Source: Octopus sinensis
Lineage: Eukaryota
Direction: 5' to 3'
Assembly: GCF_006345805.1 (NCBI RefSeq)
Contig: NC_043007.1
Coordinates: 72,664,001 to 72,728,000, forward strand
DNA length: 64,000 bases
A program made the translations under genes and the position numbers. The notes beneath the pieces are model-generated. The model saw nothing but the letters and a program-made list of their open reading frames with translations. It ran no database searches and was not told where the DNA came from. Shown here in pieces: positions 25,053-39,334 of this stretch. The first letter of the stretch is position 1. Every line of letters begins with the position of its first letter.

Positions 25053-27240
25053 CATTCCAAGTTTTGCTTCCATACCTGGTATGTATTCTCCAATTCTGCT
25101 AAAGATTCTGCAATAAGAGTGATGTTTTCAGCATATAGTAGTTCCCATGGGCATCCAGTTTTGAATTCCTCTACTATGGCTTGGAGGACTGTAATGAATA
25201 AGAGTGGGCTGAGGACTGAGCCTTGGTGAACCCCCACTTGTATGCTAAATTCATCACTGTATTTGTGGTTGACTCTCACCTTACTGGTAGAGCTGTACAA
25301 GCCATGTACAGTGGTGCTAACTAGCCACTCCTGTACTCCTAACTTCCTTAGAGACCACCAGATAACAGAGCAGGGAACTCTGTCAAAAGCTTTCTCCAGG
25401 TCGACAAAGGCTAAGTACAATGGCTTACTTTTGGCCAAATACTTTTCCTGCAGCTGTCTCACTAGGAAGATGGCATCTGTGGTACTCTTCCCAGGTACAA
25501 TACTAAACTGTAGTTCATCTAGCTTAATTCTACTCCTAATGAATTCAACTATAACCCTCTCAGTAACTTTCATGACTTGATCCAACAGTTTGATACCTCT
25601 GTAGTTGTTTCTAAGGCATCACCTTTACCCTTGTAACAGCTATCTATAATACTACTACACCAGCCATTGGGGATAGCACCTTCCTGAATAACTTGATTAA
25701 CTATACAAGTGACTAGGCTGTATCCTATACCACCAGAAATTTTAATAATCTTGGCAGTGATTCCTGATGGCCTAGGGGCTTTCCCTGTCTTCATATCCTT
25801 AATTGCTTTCTCTGTTATGCTGCTTTCAATTCTGATGGCTGGTCCCTAAACTGGTTCAATATTTGGTTGTCTCTCCCCCATTCATTTTCCATATTTAGTA
25901 ACCTTTTATAGTGACACTTCCATGCATCTTTCATCTCCAAGTCACTTGGTGCAAGCATACCATTATCCATTCACACACATTTCTCACCCACCACATCACT
26001 TTTCTCTCTGATACACTGCTTTGCAATCTTGAACACCTCACACCTCTGATCCTCATGCTGTAGAACATTGGTAAATCTCTTACTTTCTGCTATTCCTTTT
26101 GCTATGTACAGCCTTTGCCTAGCTTCCCTTCTGGCTACCTGATATAATTCTGTGCTTCCAACGTTTTTCCAATCTTTCCAGGCCTGTCTCTGCTTTTATA
26201 GCACTGTCTACCTCCTTGTTCCACCACCATGCTCCCCTTAGTCTAGCTGGGACCCTGCACCAACCACAAATTTCGTCTTTAGTCCTCAGATTGTCCTGCA
26301 AGAACTTCCAATTGTCCTCTAAGCTAAATGTTCCCGACTGTTCCTCTCTTTTGTCAGAAGCTTCCATTTGGAAATTTCTAAATTTCAGTCTGTTTTCAGG
26401 TTCTTTGAGCTTCCATAGTCTTCTTTTCCAGATTGGTTTATTTCTCCAAGTCTGTCTAGCTCTAATTCTGAAGTCACTAACTTGTAATCGATGTTGGGTT
26501 GTACATTCTTCACCTGGGAAAGACTTTGTATTTGTAAGCACCTGTCTATCTTGTTGCCTGGTGAGGAGGCAGTCAATCTGGCTTATGTTCCCACCAGATT
26601 GATAAGTAATTAGGTTGTTGTTTGGTTTTCTAAAGTTAGTGTTGCAGATCATAAGATCATTTGCATCACAGAACCCCAGCAGTCTTGTTCCCTTCCTATT
26701 CCTAGGTCCTAAGCCATAGCCACCATTCACTCCCTGGAATCCATGGGGATACTGCCCAACGTATTGAAGTCACTAGCCACAGTAACAAAGTTTCTAACAT
26801 TTGTAATTGTGATAGTCTACGAAAGGACTTCATAGAATTGGTCTTTCTGCTCATCAGCCAGCCCAGACTGAGGAGTATAGGCAGAGATAAATGTAACTGT
26901 TAATTTGTCTATGATAAGTCTCATTTTAATTACTCTATCACATACTCTGACTACCTTAATTACCTTATTCACCCACTTTTCTGCTAACAGTATGCCTACA
27001 CCACCCATTCCATCCCTCTTGCCTATCCAGAAGAATTCGAATTTGTCTCTTACCCATGAGGTATCTAGCTGAGGCTCCCTTCCATCTTATTTCTTGCATA
27101 CCACACACATCAACATGGCGTCACTCCAACATTTCAATAATCTCCCCACTCCTTCCTTTCATTGTGCCAACATTGATGATAGCAGCCATGAGATTGTGTT
27201 CTTAGGAGTGATGGTGGTAAGGCAGTTGTGAAACTCTTGT
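25053..27240 (-). mobile_element. Decayed RTE-clade LINE (APE to RT)
   Basis: GVGILLAEKWV, NGGYGLGPRN..GTRLL, LAFVDLEKAFDRVP and GVHQGSVLSPLLF, spread over broken ORFs. Confidence 0.88.
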
Positions 27241-27370
27241 CATCATATGTCTAAATAAAAGATGGGGGTAGAGTTAACCTAATTATAGCTTGACTTCAGT
27301 TTGGTTTACAATCACCACATATTTTTATTGAGTGTTCTAAATGTTTTAGTTAAAATTAAATTTCCAGGAA

Positions 27371-27437
27371 ATGAAATATTTTAAAGAATTCCTCTTTTTT
27401 CTTTTACAGGCACATTATCAATATTATAAGACAAGCT
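27371..27437 (+). CDS. IL17R-like exon: putative start and signal peptide MKYFKEFLFFLLQAHYQYYKTS(C)
   Basis: ATG three nt after the acceptor tttccag|G (27368), strong GTAAGT donor, phase 1 matching the next exon. An alternative acceptor at 27410 is possible. Confidence 0.55.
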
Positions 27438-28095
27438 GTAAGTATTTAGTTAAACTACCTTTCAAATTGAAAAATTATACTAGAATCATATTTATCTACA
27501 TAAATAATCCATATAAAGAAGTGTACAATTTATCATTTTACGTTTTTCAATCAGTTTATATTGGCAATCCAATCATAACAACCACCATAGAAACTGTATG
27601 AGATATAATTATGTTGATGCAATGAAAAATTGATCTAGAATATTGTAGTGATGTTAGAGAGAATAAAGGTAGATATGTGCTGGCTCAAAGTGTTAATAGG
27701 GAGGGAAGCTTCTACCAGACTCTTTGCAGTTAATGAACACCGGTACAAATTCTTTTAGCTGGGTAACCACATGGCTGTAGGTTGAGAATGTATACAGCAA
27801 TCGAAGAAATTGAATAGAGTGGTTGAGGTAGTCGGAGTATGTGACAGAATAAATTTAAAGATAGATGAGAAACAAAAGCAGTGGTTATATCAACTGAGAC
27901 ACCTCATTCTGGATTGAGGGATGAGCGAAAGAACTATTTCTGTGACATCCACTTGTCATGGTTGGTGACTTTAATGTACGTGTTGGTACAAAAATGGTAA
28001 AGTGGGCATAACAGTGGTGATGACATTAGCAAATGTCATCATTATTGTGTATATGCTTATCTGCCTATGTATGAGTATGTGTGTGTGTGTGTGTA

Positions 28096-29572
28096 TATTG
28101 TTTGTCTATGAATCCTGCCAAACGCGAGTTTTCTTTTCAGGTTCATGACGCTACTAGGGCCAATACCTCCCACACCCTCAGGGTTGGCACCCTCAACGTT
28201 GGCACACTGAAAGGCAGATCTGGCGAGATCGTTGAATTGCTTGAACGGAGGTGTGTTGATATATGCTGCATTCAAGAAGTGAGGTGGAGAGGAGGTTTTG
28301 CTAGGTTCCTCACAGACAAAGGACAGAGGTACAAGATTTTCTGGGCTGGGAATACTGATGGGGTCAGGGGTATGGGTATACTTATCGCCGAAAAATGGGT
28401 AGATAAGGTAATCGAGGTAGTCAGAGTATGTGACAGAATACTTAAGATTAGATTAGTGCTCCATCATAGTTTAGCAACTATTATATCGGCCTATGCCCCT
28501 CAGCCAGGGCTACCTTATGGACAGAAAGACGTTTCTATGACACCCTACTGCAGACCACCTCATTGATGAATGACAGGGACCTTCTCTTTGTGGCTGGTGA
28601 CTTCAATGGGCATTTTGGACGATATGCTGCGGGCTTCCATGGCGTACATGGAGGCTACGGTTATGGTTCCCGCAACGAGGAGGGAACCAGGCTGCTGGAG
28701 TTCTGCGATGTGAATAGTCTTATGGTTTGTAACACTAACTTCAGGAAACCGACAAGCCACCTGGTCACCTACCGATCAGGCCGGCATACTAGCCAAATCG
28801 ACTACATCCTTGCCAGAAAAAGGGAAAGATGGCTGCTTATAAATGCCAAAACCTTCCCAGGCGAAGAATGTACCCCACAACATAGACTGGTAGTTAGTGA
28901 CTTTAGGATCAGGACTAAGAGGACGACTAGAAGATGACCAACATGAAGAAGGGTCTGGAAGCTTAAAGACCCTGTGAATGGACAGAGATTTAGAGACATG
29001 TTACTTGTAGCCTTTGACGAAATAGAAGGGGGTATAGCTACACATGGGGTAGAAGACAACTGGATGCTTCTAAGGGACAACCTGCTGAAAGCCACTGACC
29101 AGATCTGTGGCTGGTGCAAAGTCCCCTCAAGACCCAAAATAACGTGGTGGTGGAACAATATTGTTGACAGGGCTATTAGACAAAAGAAACAGGCTTGGAA
29201 GAACTGGAAGAACGGTGGTAGCAGGGAAGTGTATCAGACTGCCAGAAGGGAAGCTAGGAGGCAGGTGTATTTAGCCAGAGGGAAAGCAGATAAGAAAAAA
29301 TTTGCCAATGTTCTGCGCTGTGAGGATGAAAGACTTGAGGTATTTCGTGTTGCAAGACAGTGTGTGAGAGAGAATCGTGACGTGGTAGGAGAGAAATGTG
29401 TTTGCAAGGATGACGGTTCACTTGCGCTAAATGAGGATGCAAAGAGAGCGGTTTGGAGATGCCACTATGAAAGGTTGCTGAATGAGGAAAATGAATGGGA
29501 TAAAGAGAGTCTGCTGAATGTCGACCCAACAGAGGGACCAGCAATCCGAGTTGACAGTTCCTTAGTAGTTAA
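28096..29572 (+). mobile_element. RTE-clade LINE 5' part (APE endonuclease), broken ORF
   Basis: LRVGTLNVGTLKGRSGE, ICCIQEVRWRG, ISAYAPQ, VAGDFNGH, SQIDYIL and QHRLVVSDF. Confidence 0.9.
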
Positions 29573-29573
29573 G

Positions 29574-29740
29574 GTGTGTTTATGTCCCCGTCACTTAGCA
29601 GTTTGGCAAAAGAGACCGATAGAATAAGTACTAGGCTTACAAAGAATAAGTCCTGGGGTCGATTTGCTTGACTAAAGGTGGTGCTCCAGCATGGCCGCAG
29701 TCAAATGACTGAAACAAGTAAAAGAGTAAAAGAGTAAAGA
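29574..29740 (+). mobile_element. SINE family A 3' part
   Basis: Family A tail with stem-loop and AAAAGAGT repeats. Confidence 0.8.
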
Positions 29741-30199
29741 GATATCTGGATTGTGTTCAGCCACTTGCACACTAATTTCACAAGCATGCTGTTCCATTGA
29801 TCCGATCACCTGGAATCCTCATCATCGTAACAAACAGAGTGCCAGTTACAGCTAGTTGCATGTGCTTTTTGTTACCAAACATTCCACAGCATCGATATTT
29901 TTTATCATGCCACTGAAACTAGAGAAATTGTTTGATGTAGAACTCAACTATTCTCTTTGATATTTGTTCCTTTCTTTCTCCTTTTGGCAAGTTTTTACAA
30001 TTTGATTCCTCTCCTATCACAACTATTTTATATAACATTGATTGAATGTATTTTATTATGCCACATGTACTTAAGGAATTGTCTTCTGTGAGATTGAAGA
30101 GCCCCACTTCCAAACCTCTGTTCTTATTTGGCATAGTTTTTACCTTTAGACACCCATTCTGTTGCCAGCCTTGTTGTTGACCAGGTTAATTTTATCTGT

Positions 30200-30430
30200 T
30201 TCTTTATTACCCACAAGGGGCTAAACATAGAGGGGACAAACAAGGACAGACAAACGGATTAAGTTGATTTCATCGACCCCAGTGCGTAACTGGTCCTTAA
30301 TTTACCGACCCCGAAAGGATGAAAGGCAAAGTTGACCTTGGTGGAATTTGAACTCAGAACGTAACGGCAGACGAAATACGGCTACGCATTTCGCCCGGCG
30401 TGCTAACGATTCTGCCAGCTCGCCACCTTC
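30200..30430 (-). mobile_element. SINE family B
   Basis: Homologous to 9311-9541. Confidence 0.85.
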
Positions 30431-31206
30431 AATTTTATCAGATCACCACTGGCACTAGAGTGTTTCGCTAGGGGCAAGACTACGCATATTGCATTAATCT
30501 TTCAGTTGAGGGACCATTTATTGCTCTGGCAAAGGGAAGAGGTTTAGCTACCAATGGGCTGATAGTAGTAGTCTGAAACTACTGGGTATAAAATGCTGCT
30601 TCCATAATGTAGGTAGACAGGATACAGTTTACAGATGCAATCTACAAATGAAGTTTGTCTCATTGACAATACATAGTTTAGTTGTGAAGGGAGTATATAT
30701 TGATAGAATTTAAAGAAATTAGTGGTTGGTGTAGAAGGGTGTATGGAAATATAAAATAAATGGTTCTGTTTCTATAATTTATGAAGTAAAAATTTATGTT
30801 CATGACTTTTATTCATTTAAACAAAATTTACATATTTCATAATCTTGACTTTGAATATCTAAGAATTGTTAGAAATATTGATCAACTAAATTAGAAAATA
30901 ATGATAAGAATGGTTAATTATCTCAACTAAGTCCTTTTGCCCCTCATTCCATGCTTTTTCTTCTCATATAATATCCAAGAGTGTTAGCATATGGTCTAAG
31001 GGTGAGGGTGTTGCTCTTATAATTGCAAGACTGTTGGTTTGATTCCCTAACTGGGTTGCACATTGTAATCTTGAGAAAAAACACTTCATCTCATGTTACT
31101 CTGCAATTACTGACATCTGATGTGTGGCACAGTGTGAACAGGTACATGCATTGTTGATTTGATGGTGGGAGTCAGCTAATGTACAGCACAAGCATTCGAT
31201 CATTAT

Positions 31207-32464
31207 GACAGGGTACCGTAAAGTTCCTGGCTTTAGGGGATGCATGGAAGGATAGATCTGCACCCTTTACAGGGGGAGATAGGACAATTATTTTGAAGAT
31301 ACGCAAAAAATCCTGATGATATACAACATTTCTCTTTTTTGCAGATTTAAGAAATGATGACAGCTCTTACAGAGGATTTTGGTAAAATTGAAGCACAGGC
31401 GGTCAGGAAGTTCTTCTTTTTGCAAAGCAAAAGATCAGCAGCAATTCATGGCAAGATAAAGGAAGTCTTGAAGGATGGCTGCCCATCTTACTTCACAGCG
31501 AAAATCTGGGGCGTCAAAAGTTTGGGACTGGTCATTTCAAGGTCACAGATATCGGGATGGCCATCTTCTGCGACCACAAAGGACAAAGCCAACACTGTGC
31601 ATGTCATGATTCTTGGGGATTTCAGCTAAAATCACAGTTGAGACTAGAAATTTCCAGGGAAAGAGTTGGCGACATCATCCACAGCATTCTGGACATGAGA
31701 AAGCTTTCTGTAAAATGGGTGCCAAAATGCCTGAATGCAAATCAGAAGTGCATCAGAGTGACAACATCAAAGGTGATTTTGGACTGGTTTGCAGTTGGAG
31801 AGGCTGATTTTATGGCTCCGTCAGTTACTATAGATGAAACTTGGCTTCATAATTATGATCCCCAAACCAAGCAGCAATTAATGGAGTGGTACCACAGTGA
31901 TTCACCACATCCCAAAACGTTTCAGACCCAGAAGACAGCTGGAAAGATTCTGGCCTCAGTATTCTGGGACAAAAATGGAATACTCCTCATAAAATACCTG
32001 CCAAAGGGTTGTACTATCAATGCTGAATACTACATACTTCTGCTGGATGAACTGCATAAAGTTTTGAAGCAAAAATGTTGTGGAAAACTGGGCTGTGGTG
32101 TCGTTTTTGCAGGACAGTGCACCAGCACTCACATCACATAAAAATCTACAGAAAATATTTGACTTTGGCCTTGAATTAGTAGACCATCCATCTTGCTCTC
32201 CTGATCTGGCTTCCTCCAACTATCATCTCTTTCCACAACTGAAAAAACATTTCAGTGGAATGAAATTTCACTCTGATTTGGAAGTCATTGCTGCTACAGG
32301 GGTCGGGTTGGAGGCCCAACCTACCTAGTTCTTTTTACGGGGCTTAGAAAAACTGAAGAGCTGTTGCAATAAGTGTGAATCTGAGAAGGGAATATATTGA
32401 ATAAAATCATAATTGATTGATCCTCCAAACTGATGCAAAGCCTGGAACCTTTCAGCACCCCTTG
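31207..32464 (+). mobile_element. Mariner (DD34D-type) transposon, decayed
   Basis: Imperfect TIRs (gggt..c.g.aaagttcc.ggcttt); WVPK, TIDETWLHNYDP, QDSAPA and HPSCSPDLASSNYHLF. Confidence 0.85.
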
Positions 32465-32599
32465 TATAAACAAATCATCTGTGCAGCTTATTCAGCAAGA
32501 AATTACAGGACCCACATTTGTCATTCACATTCAAGAACCATTGACGATGTAAAAATTAGTTTTCTCTAATTTCTCAAAGAAATACTTTCAATGTTTCAG

Positions 32600-32728
32600 G
32601 TTGTAATGCGACTTTGGATGTCTTCGAGCCTTTTCCTGATGGAAAGTTCCCAGAAAAGCCAAAGCTTCTTGAACTAACAAATTTCCTGAAAGAAAGTAAA
32701 AATGGAATAAAAGCCGTGTGGAATGCAA
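32600..32728 (+). CDS. IL17R-like exon (CNATLDVFEPFPDGKFPEKPKLLELTNFLKESKNGIKAVWNA)
   Basis: tttcag acceptor, GTAAGA donor, 129 nt, phase 1-1, open frame. Confidence 0.8.
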
Positions 32729-33236
32729 GTAAGAAAATTTCTCTTAAATTCTATATACCATTATGATATAATTGAATGGTGCATATCCGTTAACAAATGG
32801 TTACTGCATAGACAAAGATTTCATTTCTTAAAGCAAACTAAGAAATTTAGTTTTTACTTAGATTATGTACTATTATGTCAGATCTAGTTAAGATGTGAAT
32901 ATTGTGATATTTTATCAGTTGATATGGTATAACATTTAATTTTGATACTCTGTACCATATTCTGAGACCTGAAGAATAAGACAAAGAGCTATATATAAAA
33001 GAAAGGAATGTCATAAATTCATGCTGCTGCTTCTTGTTATAAATATGTAAAAGACTAAAGGTAGAAAATAAAAAAAATTATATGAGTTTGATGCTCCATG
33101 TAGCAGCAAAACATTCACACAATATTAAAATCAGTTATGAACTAACTTATGTCACTGTATGTGATTGTACAAGTTAGTTTTGGTAAAATCTTCAAGCCAG
33201 TAGATATTAAATATATTTTTGGAATCATTGCATGAG

Positions 33237-33268
<32 letters not shown>

Positions 33269-33269
33269 A

Positions 33270-35690
33270 AGTGGCTGGCAGACAAAGGTGGAGCCACAGT
33301 GGTGGGAGCACTGACCTTTACATGGAGGAAGTGTTCTGACAGCTTCAGAAACCTGCATTTTATTGCCTCCTTCCCTCTGACTCCGCTCCTACCAGCAGCA
33401 CATACTCCACCATCCATGACCTTGTCTCCTCTTCTGCCCTCCCTCACTACTGTCACCGGGCTCATCTATTTCCTTCCCAAAATTCATAAACTCAACAACC
33501 CTGACTACTCCATCATTTCTACCTGTAACTACCCCACAAAACACATTTCAAAATACCTTGACCTCATCCATTGCCTTTTAGCTGCTGCCCTTCCATCTCA
33601 CATACATGGTACCAACCATGCCTTCCACCTCTTCATTTCCTTTTCCTTCCCTCCTTGCTCTTTACATCTCCTCTTCACCATAGATATTAAATCCCTTTAC
33701 ATTGTCAGCCCCCAGAATGACAACCTCTTAGTACTTCAACTGTTGCACTGACCCCACACCAAGCACTTCTACATTTCTTCATTTTACAGAACTTGTCCTA
33801 ATGCTTAACTGCTTCATCTTCATGGGTGAGATCTACCAGCAGATATCTGGCAAAGCCATGGGAACGAAAATGGGCCCTAACATTGCCAACTTATTTGTCG
33901 GTTACACCAAGGCCCACATTTTCTTACAGTTCTTTGGACCAACCCCAGAGCTATGCAATTGCCATATAGATGATTGCATTGGTGCTACCTCCCTCCCCGG
34001 TGAGCAGCTCACCAGCTTTATCTCATTTGTCTTTAACTTTCATCTTTTCTTGAATTCACCTCTGTCATCTCCAACACTTCTGTCAATTTCCTTGATATCT
34101 CTCTCTCTCTTCTCTCTCTCTCTCTGTCTCAATCTCTCTCTCTCTCTCATCCACTCTCTTGCTATCTCTACCTTCAAACTTGCAGACTCCCACTTTTACC
34201 TGAAGTTTTCCTCCCACACCAAAAGAATCACCCCCTTTTCCTAATTCCTCTGTCTCTGAAGTCTGTGCAGCCATGACCAGGATTTTGAGACTCGGTCTCA
34301 ATACCTGACCCTTTTGTTTATGCGTTGTCGATACCTCTCTACTCTTGGACTCCTTCTCCTGCCCCTCATCTAATCTGGTATATTGCATTCAATGTACCCT
34401 TCGTTGGTCATTCGGACCATCGGCTAGCCGACCGATTTATTGAACACTGAGGGGATGTCTGCCTGCAGAAAAATACTGCTGTTGCCTGTCATTTTTGCTC
34501 CACTGGCCACTCCACATCTCACCTCACTGCTTTTTGGCCTGGCCTTACACTAAGAACCCACCAACACCATATTTCACTTTGAACAGTGCTACATCTTCAC
34601 TCTCCAGGCCCAAACTCCATTTGGATTAAATGGATCCGTGGAATAGGCTGCTGGACAAGATAGTGAAGATGCCGACGACTGCTCGGTTCAAAGTCCCTCT
34701 TGACCAGAAATGGCCTGAACTCTTTGCATGAACACCCTCCCTGTACATAACTCCATGTCCCCCTACATGGCCTTGCTTTTTGCTTTTTGAGCAAAGAAAT
34801 TAACTTAACTTAACTTTAACATGACCCCCTTCTTCCAGTGACATCTTCCACACACCTTTTATAAAAAATTTATTTTTAATTTTCAAAAATTTATTTTTAT
34901 TTATTTTTTTTATCCATTTTACACACCCATATACATAGCTGCCCCCCCCCCACATAATACATACATATAACGCATGCACACACCCATGCTTATATATCCT
35001 GACATGTACAAAAAGGAACCCTTCTCACACAAGCACATGCACACCCGTACACGCATGCATGCGCAGACACACACAACCACACATATGCACACACCTACAC
35101 ACATGCCCTCACATACTCATATACATACCTGCACATGCCCCACGCACACACACACACATACACACACGCAGCAACATCAGTGTACTCATACACTTGTCAC
35201 CTTGCCTCTCACACACATGCACACTCACACATGTCCACACATACCTTCAACGACACTCATACGCACACGCACGCACACACACACACACACACACCACACA
35301 CAGACAGTCACATTGTCACACCTCCATATGCACACATGCAAACACATAGCAACACCCACACACTCCTCACTTCCTCTCTCGCCTCTCACCACCAAATCAA
35401 ACGCCAGCTCCTAATCTGTACATTTATTTGACATCTCACCACACCCTTATGCCTACATCACTCACACAAACGCACATGCACACAGATACTACCATACACA
35501 CTGGTCAATATTTCGCTCTCTCCTGTCCCCAAAACCACTTTCTTCCCAGATCTGGTTACTTCAGCACATGTAACCAGATGTGCTGTTTGTGGACTTCCCT
35601 TCTTCGTCTTTCTGACAAAGAGCTATGCTTGAGGTGTTCAGAACCTACTCTTTTTTTCCAACTTTACTGAGCGTCAAACTAATACATTCC
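33270..35690 (+). mobile_element. Decayed Penelope-like element (RT and EN remnants, microsatellite, tail), with a CR1 3' piece inserted at 34600-34815
   Basis: IYFLPKIHK, IDIKSLY, AMGTKMGPNIANLFVG and HIDDCIGAT; homologous to 60839-62645. Confidence 0.85.
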
Positions 35691-35797
35691 TTATGTATGT
35701 CCTTTTGTTGTTTTGTTATAGTTATTTTTAATGTTTGACATTTTTAATGTTTAACATTTAATGTTTGATTTGACTTTATTTATATTTGTTTTCGTAG

Positions 35798-35913
35798 ATT
35801 TAACCCATTTAAAAGGATTTAAGATTGAATATGTGTATCAAGATACTGGAGAGAAAATCTGTAGAGTTTTAGACTTTTCTGAATTTCTGAAGAAGAACAA
35901 ATCCATCAGTAAT
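35798..35913 (+). CDS. IL17R-like exon (LTHLKGFKIEYVYQDTGEKICRVLDFSEFLKKNKSISN)
   Basis: ttcgtag acceptor, GTGAGT donor, phase 1-0; resembles the LKGF..C motif of vertebrate IL17RA/RD as recalled. Confidence 0.85.
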
Positions 35914-36289
35914 GTGAGTACAATTTCAATCTTTAAAGAATCTTTCTTAAACCCAAAAAGACGATCATCTACATGGAATATATTACTGACCCTGCATGTA
36001 CTACTGATTTGCTGGAGATGAAGTTATTTTTTAGCCCTGATCAAGATAACCTTTGATCAGAGATACATCAGTTTTGACCACCTTGTATTTTATTCATACA
36101 GTGTTTCTTGGGATACATTAACAAATTACCTTCATTTTAGAAAAAGTATAGGAAGTGATTTTGAGGTGGGGGGATTTAACTGTTATATCTAGTAGGTTAA
36201 GCAACCATATAGAAGATCTCTCATTGGCTTGGTGAAGTTGAAGTATTCGGTGACATTGAACTAAATTTTAAGGTGTCTTGCAAACAACT

Positions 36290-36795
36290 TGCACATGCAA
36301 GTGCTACCAGTTAAAAGCTCCATATACCGGAAGCTAGCAAGTGTATGGGGTCATCAGGAGAGAATGCGCGCCGTTTCGGGGCCTACCTCTCGAAGGCATC
36401 AATGCGCACCGGCCCCCCTCACTGATATGAGGCCCCGCTTGCTAGATCAGCTGGTTATGAAGAACTCAATATACTTCTAGCCATCGCTCATCGTCTCTTT
36501 TTAACTAAATCCAGTGGCTAGCCTTCTCCACTGTAGATTGGATATGGTGGTATTGACTTTACGATGAGTTAGGCCTAGCGATAACAACAGTCGTCTCACG
36601 CTGTGTCCAACAAACCCTCTATATCCGACTTCGATAGGAAAATGTTCCGCTTTCCTGCCTACATCTTCACATTCCTCGAGGAGGTTTTCATAACGGTTCA
36701 ATTTTCGAGCCCGAGCGGCGTCCATATTATCTTCATGAGGAACTGTTAGCTCGACTATATTTACAACTTTCTTTCTTTCACACCACATCAAAATA
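36290..36795 (-). mobile_element. 3' end of an RLE-type (R2/NeSL/HERO-like) non-LTR retrotransposon
   Basis: W..KKVVNIVELTVPHEDN..ARKLNRY..L...FPIEVGYRGF is a restriction-like endonuclease signature. Confidence 0.75.
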
Positions 36796-37817
36796 TCTGG
36801 TTATAAAGATGATGTTTGAGAAAAAGGAACTAACATGGACTCATGGAGTGAAAGTTCTATTTTGTGTGTTGCTGGAGGAAGGGAGTTCTGACGAAATCAT
36901 TTGGTAAATATTTCGTTGCTATTATGTTAAACTATGTTAAAAGTTATGTTAAAAGTATGTCCAAATTTGGCCAAATGTGGGTGTTTTTTTTTCCAATATT
37001 TAATTTTGCTTGCAATAGCTGGTTCTTTTGGTTAAACTATCGTATCTCCAGCTGCTTTAGATGCCAAGGTATGAAAATTGTCAAAGTATAGTACAATGGT
37101 TTGCAAACAGTTTTGTAAAAATATCTCTGACTGAAAATATCATACATGCATGAAGTTATGATTTTATGCATCTAACAAAGTATTATTGTAAAGCTGAAAC
37201 TGTTGCTAATGTAAAAAGAAATGGAATGGTGAAACTATTTTCTCGTTTTCTGAAAAAGCAATGTTTTGGACTTACAACACTTTTGCATAATAGCAATGAT
37301 TTGTTCCTTTTGAAGGAAAAATTGGAAGATTAAAGAAAGATGTGGATGTTTTTTGGCTTGGACTGTAGAAAGTAGTTGTTGTTGAGCATTGAAGGTTATA
37401 AAGGAGCTAATGAAGTAGAAAAACTCCTCAGGTTTACATGTGTGTAATATGTATGTAATAGGTCTGCTTCTTAGCTATGACTCAGTGAAGACTAACATCA
37501 ACAACAGATTTAAAGTAAGCATGTATAAAGAATTATCACATTTCCTTGTATCTAAAAGAGTAGGCATTCCTTGCTATATAAATGGTAGTCAGAGATATTG
37601 AAGAAAGGTAATTGTGACTTCAATATTTTTTATGAAAAAAGTAATTGCGATAGAAGTGATGAGGATCAGTGAGGTTCTAGTGTACACTAGTAAAATTATG
37701 AATGTTGTTGATAATGATAAATGTCAATGAAGGTGAGAAGTGCAAGAAGCTCTGGTATAAGATATTAAAATACCTGCAAAATATGTGTGGTCACTTCAAA
37801 TGATATCTTTTTTAATA

Positions 37818-39099
37818 TTGGGTTGTCCAGAAAGTTCATGCCGATTTATAGTAGCTTACCTTTCAACTTATTTTAGAACATGGTTGAGTCCAGAAAATAG
37901 GATTTGACTACACCTCCATTTAGAGCACAGTTTAAGCTATCTTTTCGTGGAAGAAGGTTTCTTTTCCTATAACCTGTGTTAATTCTGTAACCCTTTAAAA
38001 TAGAAGATATTTTCGGCACTTGATGCTTTTCTTATTCCGTAAAGAGAAAAATGCCTCACAAGCAACCAAAGAAATATGCACAGTTTACGGTGAGGTTTCT
38101 TTATCCAAAAAAACTGTATGGAAATGGTTTGCAAGATTCCAAGCTTGAGATTGTAGCCTTATTGATAAAGAGCGATCAAGCAGACCATCCACTACAGATG
38201 ATGACCAAATCAAGTCATTAATTGAGAATAACACACATTGCACAACCCGAGAATTGGCAGAAAGCCTCAACCTATCAAAATCTGTCATTCATGAGCACCT
38301 GGTAAAGCTTGGGTACACAAATCGCTACAATGTTTGGATACCAGATGAGTTGAGTGAGAAGAACCTTTTGGATTGCATTTCCATCTGTGATTCGCCTTAT
38401 AAACAGAATGAAACTCACCTTTTTTAAAGCAAATTGTTAAAGGTGGTGAGAAATGGATTATCTACTGAAATGTTCAGAGAAAGCAATCCTGGAGAAAGCG
38501 ACATGAGCCACCCTTAGCCACCCCAAAAGCCTAAAAAAGTCACCCTAAAAAAGTCTTGCTTCACCCTAAAAATGTCTTTCTTTGTGTCTGGTGGGATTGG
38601 AAAGGAAATCTGTACTATGAGCTTCTCCCAAGTAACCAGACAATTCTGAGAAATACTGCACACAACTGGATGAGTTAAAAGCAGCAATTCAAGAGAAACG
38701 TCCAGAATTGGCCAACAAGAAGAGTGTTGTTTTCCAACATGATAATGCAAGACCACACATTTCTTTGGGAACCAGACAAAAATTGCTGCAGCTCGGCTGG
38801 GATGTGTCACTCCACACTCCATATTCACCAGATATGGCTCCTTTGGATTTCCACTTATTCAGGTCTCTGTAGAATAGTCTTAATGGTAAAAATTTCAATT
38901 CCTTGGATGACGTAAAAAGATACCTTGATGAATTCTTTGCCATGAAACTACCTCAATTCTGGGAAGAGGGTATTTTCAAGTTAAAGGAAAGATGGAGATG
39001 CATTGTGCAACAAAACGATTCATATTTGGTTAATTAAAAATGTAATGGCAAGTATTTACTGACCTTTAAAAATCGGCACAAACTTTCTGGACAACAAAA
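37818..39099 (+). mobile_element. Mariner transposon, decayed
   Basis: TIR TTGGGTTGTCCAGAAAGTT..TGCCGATTT with TA TSDs; FQHDNARPH and PYSPDMAPLDFHLF. Confidence 0.88.
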
Positions 39100-39334
39100 T
39101 ACAAATAGACTAACAAAGACTTGTTTACATAATTCTTGTGGAAGAAGCTTGCAGTAAAATATTCTTAATAATGACAATTAGATTAAAACAATGGAAAATG
39201 TATTGAAGCGGTAAGAGTAAAATAGCTGAGTGTTTTTTTTTGTTTTTTTTTTTATTATTGTTGTAACATGTGATTGAACTGAACAATATTTCATTCCATT
39301 ATATTGATAAAATTTTAAAATAATATATTTGCAG

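Noticed and set aside
30445-30520. Minus-strand CTGAAAGA...GAAAC motif
   Set aside because: Spacing does not fit CUGANGA, and the A15.1-U16.1 pair is missing.
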